Shown: positions 50,777 through 62,367 of the stretch, in pieces | Position numbering within the stretch: position 1 is the stretch's first letter | Layout of the letters: each line of letters starts with the position of its first letter | From: Hemiscyllium ocellatum | Lineage: Eukaryota | Direction: 5' to 3' | DNA: 64,000 nucleotides | Assembly (NCBI RefSeq): GCF_020745735.1 | Contig: NC_083403.1 | Coordinates: forward strand, 126,064,526 to 126,128,525 | The notes under the pieces: generated by a model | Told to the model about the DNA's origin: nothing | Databases searched by the model: none | Seen by the model: the letters and a program-made list of their open reading frames with translations, nothing else | Translations under genes and position numbers: made by a program

Positions 50777-53505
50777 TTACTAATGTCAGGGGTCGAGTTG
50801 AATGAGAACAACTGAAGGATGATGTTGAAGGCAAAAGTGAGAGTGGTAGAACATAAGCCTTAGAGAGCAGACAGTACAGAGAGAGTGAGGGAGATGTATT
50901 GGAGAGAAGATAGTGGCAACTATGCTGGTGGAGTTCTTCTTCCTACAGCACCGTGCATTCCTGCAGATTGGAAATACCGCACTGACCTGGACGGCAACCT
51001 CCACTCCTGGTCCTGAGGGAGAAGGATATCTCATACACCCAGCACCCTTTTCAGCAGTACCTCAAGGTCCCTGCCAGCATATGGGGTGGGTGGGGAGGGG
51101 GGTGTTCACCCAGTCTGGGGAAGAGGTCAGGAACTGTTCCAGACAGTCTGGGATTCTCCAATTGCACGGCAGGTTTTTAGATTTCGCACAGGCACTAGAT
51201 TTGCTAGTCGTTCTGTGGATACCTGCTGAGTGGTGAGTTGTTCCAGGAATGGCACACAGTAAGAGGGGGATAGAATTAGACCAGGTAATTACTGAGCTGC
51301 TTTTACTAAAATACATTGAGAAGTCTCACTGGGCCTCAGGGCGAGAATCCCATTCCAAAATGACACTCAACATAGATCATATTTACACCAAAAATCATAA
51401 AATCCAATTTGTTAACTGCTCTATTTTCTGCAGATGTTTCCTCACCTGCATGCTTGTTCCCACAGGTTTAACCAACATTAAGACACCATGTTCTACTTGC
51501 ATGCAGAATGATTACAAATCTGAGTAACAATGACATGAACTGAGTTAAGGAACTGTGCTAATAGGATTGATATGAGGAGAAATAGCTTCACGGAAAAAAA
51601 CTGGGAATCTTTAAAATTCTCAACCCTCAGGATGTGTTGACATTAAGGCACTGAGTGTGTTCCACGCAGAGGTTGATAGATTTTGAGGTAATGAGGGAAG
51701 GCACAGGTGAGACAATGATTTTGTTGCATTTCAGGTCATAATCAAAGGATCACGTAGTTCTAATCCAGTTCCTATTGCTTATGTTTTTTTCAATTTTATT
51801 GCGATTCAAACCTATTTTGATAATATTCTACTATATATTTATAGCTGGAATCGTTTCAGGGAGTGTCCAAGTTGCAAAGTTGAACTTCCTTTGGCCTTCT
51901 CAGCACCCAGTGTTCTGCTTTTTCTTTTAAACAGAAACTGTGCATGTGTTTCTAAATTCATGTCTCAATTGGGATTGCAGCTCGTTTCTAAAGTTCAGAA
52001 AACATACTTTCCTCTTTTTCAAATAAAATGTCAGCATTACTGGAAAGACTCACCCAGATAAGATTTACTTTCTGAGCATCTTAACTGCACTTCCTTTTTT
52101 GTGGGTTTGCTTCTGACTTGCACTTGTTCCCAGCCTGAATGTCATTAATCTCCCCCCTCCACCATCCTGCAAACTGGCTTCAAAGGGAGCAGCTCTCGCA
52201 TTCTTAGCATTTAGTTCATATCTGCCAAACAGCTGAAACCCTCATCAATGGCTTCCTGCTAACCCGGCATAAACTTGACATTTTCCTGGTACCTCGACTT
52301 ACAAGAATTTGATCTATTGCCCCTTTGCCCATTGACCAAAATTGGCTCAATTCCAGCAGAATGCCCCTTAATTTTAAAATTCTCATCCTTTATTTGCATC
52401 CCTCCCTGACCTCACTTCTTTGTATCTTTGTAACTTCCTCCAGCTCTGCAACACCCTAAGATTTCGCTGTTCCCACACTTCTGGTGCTTTGCACAGTCTA
52501 AATTTAAATCATTGTTGGCTGGGTGCTAAGTTCTGGAATGAATTAATATATGTTAGTTAAAGTTTCATATTGTGGTATAGTGGTAAGGTGTGTACCCTTG
52601 AGTCAGGGGAGCTGGGTTCAAGTCTGACCTGCGCCTGAGGTGTGTAACAGTAGGTTTATTTAGCTCAGATGGTAGACCATTGGACTTTTTACGGGTCCCA
52701 CTTTTGCTGCTATGGAAATGGCCCTACCCCCAAGTGGGCAGGCCCAAGTTCGAGTCCCACCTGCTCTAGAGATGTCTAATAATATATCCGGAAAGGTTGA
52801 TTCAAAAAATAGGTTAAATAAAGTTTCCTACTCAAATTTTATCCTTTGGCAGAATATCAGAGACAAACTGGTTGCTGCTAGGGTAGACAAAGCAGGATAT
52901 ATTAGTGCTCAAAGCAAGCAACATCACTGAGGGGAAGGAAGGATTCATTTGGGTTATCTTGAGCTCAGTAGAATCAGAGCTGAGGGCAATGAGGGCAGAC
53001 TCCAGTTGAGTTCAGGATAATATACTATCTTGGGCCACATTCCATTGCTCAATCATACCTGAGATGATTGGCTTATTGATTCCCTGTCTGGCAATCCTCG
53101 ATTTGACAATTCTCTGCCTTGTTTACAACTCCTTGCCTGGTCTTCCTCTTCCCAACTACAATCTCCTGCAAGCCCACAACTTTCCAGTTTAAGAGCATTA
53201 TTAATTTGAATTGCTATATCATTGATGGGCCCACGTTTGGCTGTCTAGGTCCCAAACTCTGGAGTCCTCTCCCTAACTGCTTCCATCACTCTCTTTCTGC
53301 TTCTTTAAGATATTTGACCCCTTTGACCAGGTTTTGGCCATCTGCCCTAATATCAGTCAATGTGGCTCAGTGCCAAATTTTGCTTGACAGCTTTGCTCCG
53401 GTGAACCACTTGGGATGCTATGTTGCATTAAAAGGTGCTATACAAATCCCAGTTATTGATGTTATTGTTGTTGTAAATGTAATTATTGGCATCATAAATA
53501 CACTC

Positions 53506-53704
53506 TGAAAATGTGTTGCTGGAAAAGCGCAGCAGGTCAGGCAGCATCCAAGGAGCAGGAGAATCGACGTTTCGGGCATGAGCCCTTCTTCAGGAATGCC
53601 TGAAACGTCGATTCTCCTGTTCCCTGGATGCTGCCTGACCTGCTGTGCTTTTCCAGCAACACATTTTCAGCTCTGATCTCAAGCATCTGCACTCCTCACT
53701 TTCT
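53506..53704. mobile_element. Palindromic PLE family A insertion; HHR on the minus strand at 53562-53597
   Basis: 14-bp TSD tcataaatac(a/g)ctc (53492-53505 / 53705-53718); CTGAAGA core. Confidence 0.87.
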
Positions 53705-55628
53705 TCATAAATACGCTCGTCCTGAAGAGAGATCCTTGTGGGAGGGAGCAGTATTAATTTAATCCTGGAACTACTAAGACGTGTGTCACAAAGACATGGG
53801 AGGTGGAGGCGAGGTTTTCAATTGTGGGATGAGAACAGCTAACTTTGGGCTAGTGAGTTCTGAAAGGACTAAGTACAGGAGCAAGGCTCTGACTTAGGTA
53901 CAGACAGCAAGGGAATTTGGGACTCAACCCTCCCCTCAGCTTCACCTCAGAAAAACATTGAGTTTCGGAATGAGCAATCCCTCCCTTGTCATGTCCAACT
54001 CTTCCCCCCACTGCCCAGCCCATAGATTGAGAAATAACCTCTTTTTTCCTGATCTCCTGATCATCAATACAGAAGTGGCTTGAAATAGCCTGAAATTGCT
54101 CGCAACTTATTCTAAAGATGAGCTGGCCATCAACTTGACAGAGGAGTATTGGAGTCTTGGCAGGTTGATGTAACATTGGCCATTAATCACATGAGAAAGC
54201 GCGAGGTTTTGAAGATGCCCAAATGGGTAGAGTCCCAGGATGACTGGGATCTTGTTGGCAGCAGAGGGAAAGGACAGGGTAAGGATGGAGAATGTTGACT
54301 ATCTGGTCACGTTTTAATTCACTGACAGACCAGGATGTGACAGGACACCAGCTGGGTAGCGGGGAAAGGCAGCAGCAGATTGTGTTAGGTGAGAGGCCTG
54401 ATGTTCATAGACATAAATCAACAGCCTGAAGGTGCACAGGTGGAGTAAGTCATGCAGGAAGAATGGCCAAAGTGATGCAAGAGATAGGATTACAAACAGC
54501 AGACTTAAATGTGACAGTAAAGCATTATGGATAAGCATGATAGATAGCATGGGAAAAATTGGTGATGGAGGGGGAGAATATTGAACAAATGGATTCCAGG
54601 CAGTATACATAATACTGCTAGGAATCAGTGATTGACAATTTTGATATATTTGTATAACAGTGATGACAACAATATTATGTGGAGTTTTTAATGTAAAATA
54701 TATCAAGGTGCTTCACAGGAGTGTAATCGCACAACAATTCACGTCAAGGTAAAGAGGCATTAGAACATTCAATGGGGTTGGTCATAAGGATCATTTTGAA
54801 GAAGGAAAAAAAGGTTATAGCTTTAAAGAGAAGATTCTGGAGGTTATAGCTAAGACCACTGAAGGCACAGCCATCAGTGAGTTCTATTAACAGACAGACA
54901 GGTTACCCTTACTTACCACAATGGAATATTTCTCATTTTAAATCATAAGTCAGCCATGTTGAACTGTGAAGACAAACAGCTTATACCCAGCCCCTCCAAT
55001 AACACAGCAACAATGTGGTTAAAAGGTGTCTTAAATCTATGTGTCATTTAGCCCTGGGTTTTCCCCTGGGAAATGGGAGACAGGATCTGGGCTGATTTAT
55101 TTGTGTCAATAACATCGCTCTGGTGGGAAAGTGACTGAGTTTAAAATGTTAATTGGGTGGGGGGGTGGGGGGGAGGGTGTTGGCAGTGGAAGTGAACTCT
55201 TTGTTGGTTTGGAGATGGTTTCTCAGTCCAATTAAACTACTGTGGCACGCACGGGCATAGAGACAGCCGTGACCGAGGCTGCTGCTTATCACAAGGGAGA
55301 GAGTTTTAGTTATAACCTGCCACAGTATCACAGGATTGGCACTTTTCAGCATTCAGAGAGAGGGGTGGTCCCCTTCCATGAGGGAGTCCAGGATTAGGAA
55401 AACTCCTCAGGCAATAAGGGTACCTCTCTGTGCGAAGAGATCTCACTCAGATTCCAGTTTCTCATGCTTTCTTACTTCCTGTTCCTTCTGTGTTGAGCTT
55501 CTCCCCCCCCCGCCAGGGCTTCACAACCCTCAAGGTCTATACCTCTCTGGTGGACCACGTTGTGGAGATCAGAGCAGGCCAGCGACTGAGACCCTTGCCA
55601 GAGGGCAATAGAGGACACCACCTCATCA

Positions 55629-55836
55629 CGGAGGAGAAAGTGAGGACTGTAGGTGCTGGAGAGCAGAGTCGAGAGTGTGGTGCTGGAACAGCACAGCAGG
55701 TCAGGCAGCATCCGAGGAGCAGGAGAATCGACATTTTGGGCATAAGCCCTTAATCAGTAATGCCTGAAACGTGATTCTCCTCCTCCTCCTCAAATGCTGC
55801 CTGACCTGCTGTGCCTTTCCAGCACCCCATTCTCGA
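55629..55836. mobile_element. Palindromic PLE family A insertion (older)
   Basis: Inverted arms; 11-bp TSD ccacctc(a/c)tca. Confidence 0.78.
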
Positions 55837-56916
55837 CCACCTCCTCAGACCGAGCACCAGACACAGTACCTTCTGACACTTTTTCATGGCCTTCCCTGTC
55901 ATTCACGCAGCCCTCCACTACTGGGTCCTGGTTGCTGCTGGGATTGCAAGAGGTTTCAGCCAAACAGATTGATTGCAGCTCCAGAGGGTATGACTCCCCC
56001 TCCCCCTGAGAACCACAACATAGGAATTGAAACAGCAGAAAGCCATTCATCCCTTGAGTCTGCTTCACTATTTGATAAGGGCATAGCTGTTCAAACGGTG
56101 ACTTCAACTCATTGCGATACCTGACAACATTCCATTTACGAGAAGTCTGACCTTCCATTTATATCAGAGGGTTTCTAAATTACTTTTCTTCCCAGGAGTA
56201 TATTCCCCACCTCCTTCCCCTGCTCCCTCTCCCAATCCGGAGTAAAATCCAGCCCTCGGTACTTGGAGCACACAATAATACTGAATAACATGCAGTAAAT
56301 GTACCAGCTGAACCCAAGTTTGAGGGAATCCTGGAGTTGACAACTGAAAAAAAAATAATTCCAGCCATCTAAAATAAGATATTAAACCTTGCACTTTATT
56401 TTAGTTTTCTAAGAAATCAGTCTTTTTTGTTCCAGGCATATCTGCAACAATTTATGAACACTGTAGCAATTGCAGAAACAGGACAGCTGGGCTCTTGTGG
56501 TGAAGTAATGTAGACAGTGATAATGCTGCATAGTGTCAGCGCACAATTATGTGACTATTGATAGAACTAGCTTAAAGTGTTACTCTACCTTATCAGTAAC
56601 AATGCAGTCACAAGGTGTTTGCATAGCTGTTATCACAATCGTGGATACAGTTATCAATTTGGCGAACAGCTGAATTGGTTGATTCCCTTGTGCATTACCT
56701 TGTTGTCAGAGATGTGGAACACCTTAAATAGTTTCAATCAATTGTTCTCCAGCTCCTCCCGTCAGCACATTTCATTTAATCCCAGAGTAACACACCCAAA
56801 TATAACTAAATTGCTGGGAATTACAGCACTGACCTTAATGTGTGTGGTTTTGCGGCTAAATTAATGTTACAATGGGAGGGCAACTGACTGAGTTATAAGC
56901 TGCTAAACACACCAGT

Positions 56917-57089
56917 GAGAGACAAGAAAACTGCAGATGCTGGAATCCAAAGTAGACAAACAGGAGGCTGGGAGAACACAGGAGGTGGAGAAGTCAATGT
57001 TTCGGGTGTAACCCTTTTTTAAACGTTGACTTCTCCACCTCCTGATGCTGCCTGGCTTGCTGTGTTCTTCCAGCCTCCTGCCTGTCTAC
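56917..57089. mobile_element. Palindromic PLE family C insertion
   Basis: Inverted arms ggaggtggagaagtcaa / ttgacttctccacctcc. Confidence 0.72.
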
Positions 57090-57849
57090 GCTCAACACAT
57101 CGGGCAATACCAAACAGCAATGCAGGCCATTCCCAGCATGACTGACTGTTACAGCTGAAGGAAAACTTGTACATATGGTCAAGTTGAAGTTGGTAATCAG
57201 GTTTGGAGCCATACAAGGGGTGAAGACTTTAAGGGTCTATTTTATTTGACAATGTTTCCAATTTTCTAGTGTCACATGATAACTCGGTTATATGTGATTC
57301 CAATTGCCCTTTACTATATACTAAAGCACTAAAGTCTTCATTTTCTCATAAAACCTCCATTCTCTCATTTGAATAAGTAGGTTGTTCCCCTCAGACCTTG
57401 GAAGAAATCTGCCTGGTGAAAACAGAACCATCAGCTTGACTTGGACATGTGGAGTCGAGAGTTAGGCCCATGTGAAGTTACTGGATCTGTGCTCCAATAA
57501 TGCACCATTCAAAATGGTGGATCTGGCTCTTGGTGAGCATCTTCGCTTTCACAATGTGCAAAAGTCTCAACACACCTTTGAACACAATGCAAATTACAGT
57601 TAATTTGGCCAAATATGCAAAACACTAAACTTTATGATTATGCACCTAGCTTCTCCGTTGAAACCAGATTTTAACGACATCATACTCCAGCCTGGAGGAA
57701 AAAGATTTCTTAAAGCTGATTGGTTCTGCTCCGGTGAACTGCATGGACCTCAGACCTGTGGAGATGTTCATCTCATTTAAGGTTTTCTGGAAAATCATTG
57801 AGGAAGGAGGCCACTGAAGAATGACCATCAGATTTTGTACTGACTAAGC

Positions 57850-57975
57850 CAGAATCAGATACCTCTCTGTGAGCTCAGGTCAACATTTTGAATCAAGCTG
57901 TCCAAAGACACTATGGCATACCTCTGGAACAGGTGGAACTTGAACCTGAACCTTCTGGTAGGGGCAGAACCCCTA
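57850..57975 (-). mobile_element. tRNA-derived SINE head (similar heads on + at 28265-28380, 52570-52650, 52700-52810)
   Basis: Reverse complement contains caggttcaagttccacctgttccagag (B-box). Confidence 0.5.
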
Positions 57976-58544
57976 CAATACAAAGAGCTCTTTAAAGAAG
58001 CTCTTTAAATAATCTGTGTTACCAAACACCTTATGTGTGACAACATCCCTTACAGTTAACTGAAAACATAGCAAAGCAAATTGGTTTCAACATTTCCAGA
58101 TCATTCAACAACAGAACTGCATCGGGTGTTGCTAATAGCACAACACAAGCCCAGCTCAGCCCATAGCAGTCCAGTTCATCAGCAGGCTGAGCTTTTATAA
58201 GTTGTGATTCCTTCTTAAGTACAATAAAGAACACGAGAAGTACAGGCCAATTCATCAGCCAGGTCTTCAGTACGCTATTGAACAAAGTTTTGTTGATTTA
58301 AATTCCTCAGGAGAAAGGGACATGAGTGTGGACAGCTGTCATCAAACCCAAAAGGCAGAAGATTATTGATGGTATCTATGGCTATGATATCTAGGCCCCT
58401 TGACACATTTGATTTGTCTGCCAAAACGAAAGGAATTATTCACACTGTAGTGATTGCAATGAAATTAGCCAGGTGGACTTCATAGAATAGGAGTTCCCCC
58501 ACTGGGGCTGTTCATTTGGTCCAATCAGGGAGCTTTGGCTGACA

Positions 58545-59150
58545 GATATAAACAGGAGTGTCTTTTTTATTTTCTTAACAAAATTCTCCTCTGTTTTTAG
58601 TTGCACTTCAGTCCCACACTCCTGATCTTTGGGCACCCAATGCAGAGGGGGGAGGGTAGGTCAGAGGATCTCCTCATGGGTCTGCTCCTGGGCCTGGCCA
58701 AACTGGCCATAAACAAGTCTAGGCAGTAGGTCATGGATGGGGTCGTTAGGGCTGATCATCTGCCCCTCTTCCGTGGTTATGTCAGAGCCTGGGAGTGTCT
58801 GGAGAAGGAGCATGTGGTGTCCACCAACACCCTTGAGATTTTCAGAGAGAGGTGGGCACTGCAGGGAGTGGAATGTTTTATTTCCCCCTCCAACTTTATT
58901 TTGATTTAATCCCTGCCCTCCCATTCACTGTTTGATCACGCAGCATTGCCCTTTGTGAAGGGCACGGCTTGTCACTGGCCACTTGGGTGTTTCCTTTCTT
59001 CCAGGTGGTGGAATATAAATAAAAATGTACACACTTGTTGTTCTTCGTTATGTCCTACACCTGCACACGCACAACATGGGTACCGGGAAAATAGTAAGCA
59101 CTACTGCTGTTAGGCAGGAGGGTGGGGGAGGATAAAGAAGACAAAAAAAC
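58545..59150 (+). mobile_element. Tx1/L1-clade LINE, 3' end
   Basis: FSPTLLIFGHP, LLMGLLLGLAKLAINKSR, LEKEHVVSTNTLEIFRERW; AATAAA at ~59018. Confidence 0.65.
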
Positions 59151-61379
59151 ACAGGACTGTCAGACATCCTATTCACCCTGAGAGCTGGCTCTAAGGAAGC
59201 TGGACCAGTATCAAGTACTATACGCTTGTAAATAACGGATGACTTGGTGATGGGATACCGACCTCTGTGGAGTTTTCACACACCACTCAAGATTAGCTGG
59301 CCAATGATGAATCAATATTAGATCATGTTGACCAATCCTTACTTCCTCAGCATCAGTCATGCCCCTTTCCTTGTCAGCCATTTGCCTGTGCATTGCCAAT
59401 GTAAGATAACTCCTAAAAGACTGATGCTTCTCTCTTCAGGTGTTGCCAGACCAGTGGGATGCCATTAAGGTTAATCAGCATTACACTGGGATTGTAAAGA
59501 CATGCAGGTACTTTCAATGCCAGATCAGATCAAGGGGAATTGCACTGTGTCTCCAATAGGACCTCCAACATCATTGTATTTCACTGCACTTTACAAACAA
59601 AACCCAAAGATATAACAAAGGACAAGCAATAACGTAGCAAGGCACACTTCGGTAAATGCCCAAGCTTGCCCTTCTTCAAATCTTCCTACACACATGCCAT
59701 CCCATCAAGTGGAACAAAGCAACTTCCAACCAGAGTTATAGTAGTGGCACCAACTACCACCATTCATGTCTTGCTGAGCTTGTATCTTATTCTACACTAT
59801 CAGAAGACAAAATGCTGAATGTTGACTCGGTCTTGTTACACGTAGGTATGGAATGCTTCAATATGTCAAGAATTATGAATGATATTGACTGTACAGTTTT
59901 TAGCAATCATGTACACTTCTTACCATTTATTAGAGGGAAGATCACTGAAGAAGCAGAAGAGGATCTTTGTATAAATGATTTGAATTAAAGATGGTGGGTA
60001 TGCATTGGATGATTTCAGCATATATAAAAAGACACTTATTGATACTAGTGGCTGGTTGGGGAGTTAGGAGCAATACACTTACTATGTCTCCCTTTGTGAA
60101 TAAGTTTAAAACTGAGTGAATATTAAATTCTAGTCATTTCCAATAATTGGTTGTAAGAGGATTAACATGATGGCAGAGAATAGTTGTCTTAAAGGGAGAC
60201 TTGGAGACGCTGTTTTGGATAGAAGATTGTATCCTGAATAATTTTTGTGAAGAAATTGTCAGGCTATAATTATCAATAAATATATTCTGATCTTGAGACC
60301 TGTGGAAGAATAAAGCAGATACGTAAAGAGGAAATGAAGTATGATTTTACTTCTGCCACTTCCTAATGAATAAAATCAGAAGCAAGATATTTGTGAGCTG
60401 GAAGACCAGCTTGAGGAGGGGTTAGCTCGTCTATAGGGTTTTATGGATGGAACTTATAGAGTAATGATTTCTTACATATCAATGAAGCATGGATTAGACT
60501 TTCAGATTTCAAAAGTGGGCAATCATTCCATGTACAAATATCCATTGACTTTTGCAGGGTGTATAGAAATTGTAGAAATGCGGAACGGAAATTACTTGTT
60601 CCAGTCTTTGCATTTACATTACTAAAATGTGTTTTATACATATATCCAGGCCCCTGGTCTTAAAAGGGATTTGATTCTCACACAATGACTCCCTTTTGGA
60701 AAAAATGTCTGCTGCCTTGAAAAACAAATCCCAGGAAAGCAGTCATGTTCATTAGGCTCCATGGAGATTCCACAATGTCACAAACGATGGAGGACCGACT
60801 AACTATGCCATTTCAAGATGGATGGATGCTGGATGTAGGTGCAAGCACAAAGGAAGAGTTACAGACAGAAAGAAAAAGAATGAAAATACTTTAAACAGAT
60901 CTGGACGCCTGAACTTATGTTAGGTCTGCCACTCCAATAGTAAGCAGCTAAACCTCAGGAAAGCCCAGGAGACAGTTAACAGAATCTTCAGGCCTGATTC
61001 AAAATATCATTATGTGATGAACTGCTCAAGGCAGAACGGTCGGTGTTTGGAAAGGAATTGCAATGGTTACAAGACTTCTGATCATTGATTCATGTAACTA
61101 CTCAGTAATAAATAGTGATTGCACTTTGACAAGTGTGGAGCAGATTAAATGAAATGGTATTTAGATTCATTCAATAATGCGCATCGGTGCAAAGTCAGGG
61201 GTTTAAAAGTTCATCTTGTCTCAGGTTCAGGGTTGAGTCCAACTGAGGCCACCAAAAAGTATGGCGATTCATTGCAGAATAGCTTCACCAAACTCTTATT
61301 TGTATAAATGTAATCTCTCATGATTTACCTTTGTTGTTAAGTTAAGAAAGGTACAAATGAAACTGAACATGGACCATGA

Positions 61380-61720
61380 GAAAACAATTTGACTGAGTGG
61401 TGACTTGATTGAAGGACACAAGATCCTAAATGGTTTTGACAAAGTGGGTGTGGAAAGGATGTTTCCTTTTGTGGTTGAGTCCAGAACTTGATGACACTGT
61501 TTTAAAATTAACTTTAGTACAGAGATAAGGAGTCTTCTTTTTCCCCTCAGAAGGTTGAGCAACTTTGGAACCCTTTGTCTCAGAGAGCATTAAAGCCAGT
61601 TCAGTAAGTCATTGAGAATGAGAAGAGAATGTGAAATTCAAACAGTCTATTAGCCATAACCTTATCGAAAGGCATAGTCAGCTCAGGGACTGAATGGTCC
61701 ACTTGTATGTACATATGAAC
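61380..61720 (+). mobile_element. Old CR1 3' fragment inserted in the viral remnant
   Basis: gactgagtggtgacttgattgaa (RLxGDLIE) and CR1 3' UTR. Confidence 0.75.
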
Positions 61721-62367
61721 TTTGTGGTTATGATTAGTACGGTTGAAAGTGCTTTCAGCAACAGACTCTGTGAAAGGAATCTCATGATGGTGGATGAAAT
61801 ACTGCATAAAATCTTTGCAGATCATCCAAACTGCAAGCTGCACTTGACATGGGAACGTCATGGAAAGAATTCACTTCAGATGGTTGACGAGTATAGTCCC
61901 TATTAATTAGTCTCTGAAAGGAATCCCAAATTACCTTCTGTTCTAGGTGATAGACCTCCAACCCAGACCGTATGAAGAATCTTCTCAACTTTTTTGCATA
62001 TTTGAAAGCTTTGCATCGAGGGTGAAGGACTTTCATCAAGGCTGAGATTTCAAAGAAAATTGAAAGCTTTACACACGGTCTGCAAGGCAATCCAAGGTGA
62101 ACTTAAATTCTGGGGTATGATCATTACAAATTGAGAGCTATAAGGAACAGAAAGATCCTGGTGTGGGAGTAGATGATCAGACCATGGTTATCCAACATGG
62201 TAAACCGGCTATTAATCTTCATTCCCCAGAGTTAATCAGGGGCTGATTGCAAACTCTCAGAAACTGAGAAAAGGTGATAAGGCACCCTGTACCTCAGATC
62301 ATCGTGAGTTTTTGCGATGACAATCTGAGAAAAAGGATAAAATAGATTAGGGGCTAGATGGTCACAG

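Larger units (their letters stand above)
57450..62100 (+). pseudogene. Degenerate endogenous viral element: Mononegavirales-like L protein (RNA-dependent RNA polymerase), interrupted by later SINE, Tx1 and CR1 insertions
   Basis: Manual translation gives L motifs in the expected order: GIYGYDI 58371, (R<-G)HPI 59162, WP 59298, QWDAIKV 59452, SVLL..FN..I..DID 59827, EGRSLKKQKRIFV*M 59933, AYIKRHLL..NTLTMS 60018-60089, SHFQ*..DLETLFWI 60132-60221, WKTSLRRG*LVYRVLW 60399-60446, MISYISMKHGLDFQISKVGNH to 60526, FGK 60695, WRFHNVTNDGGPT 60762, SVFG/GIAMVTRLLIID 61040. Many stops and frameshifts; both ends uncertain. Confidence 0.72.

Noticed and set aside
57646-57690. Homeodomain helix-3-like VVKIWFQRR on the minus strand after a good acceptor
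   Set aside because: Lacks the invariant Asn of WFQN, stops immediately, has no helix 1-2 exon, and lies antisense to the putative viral remnant.
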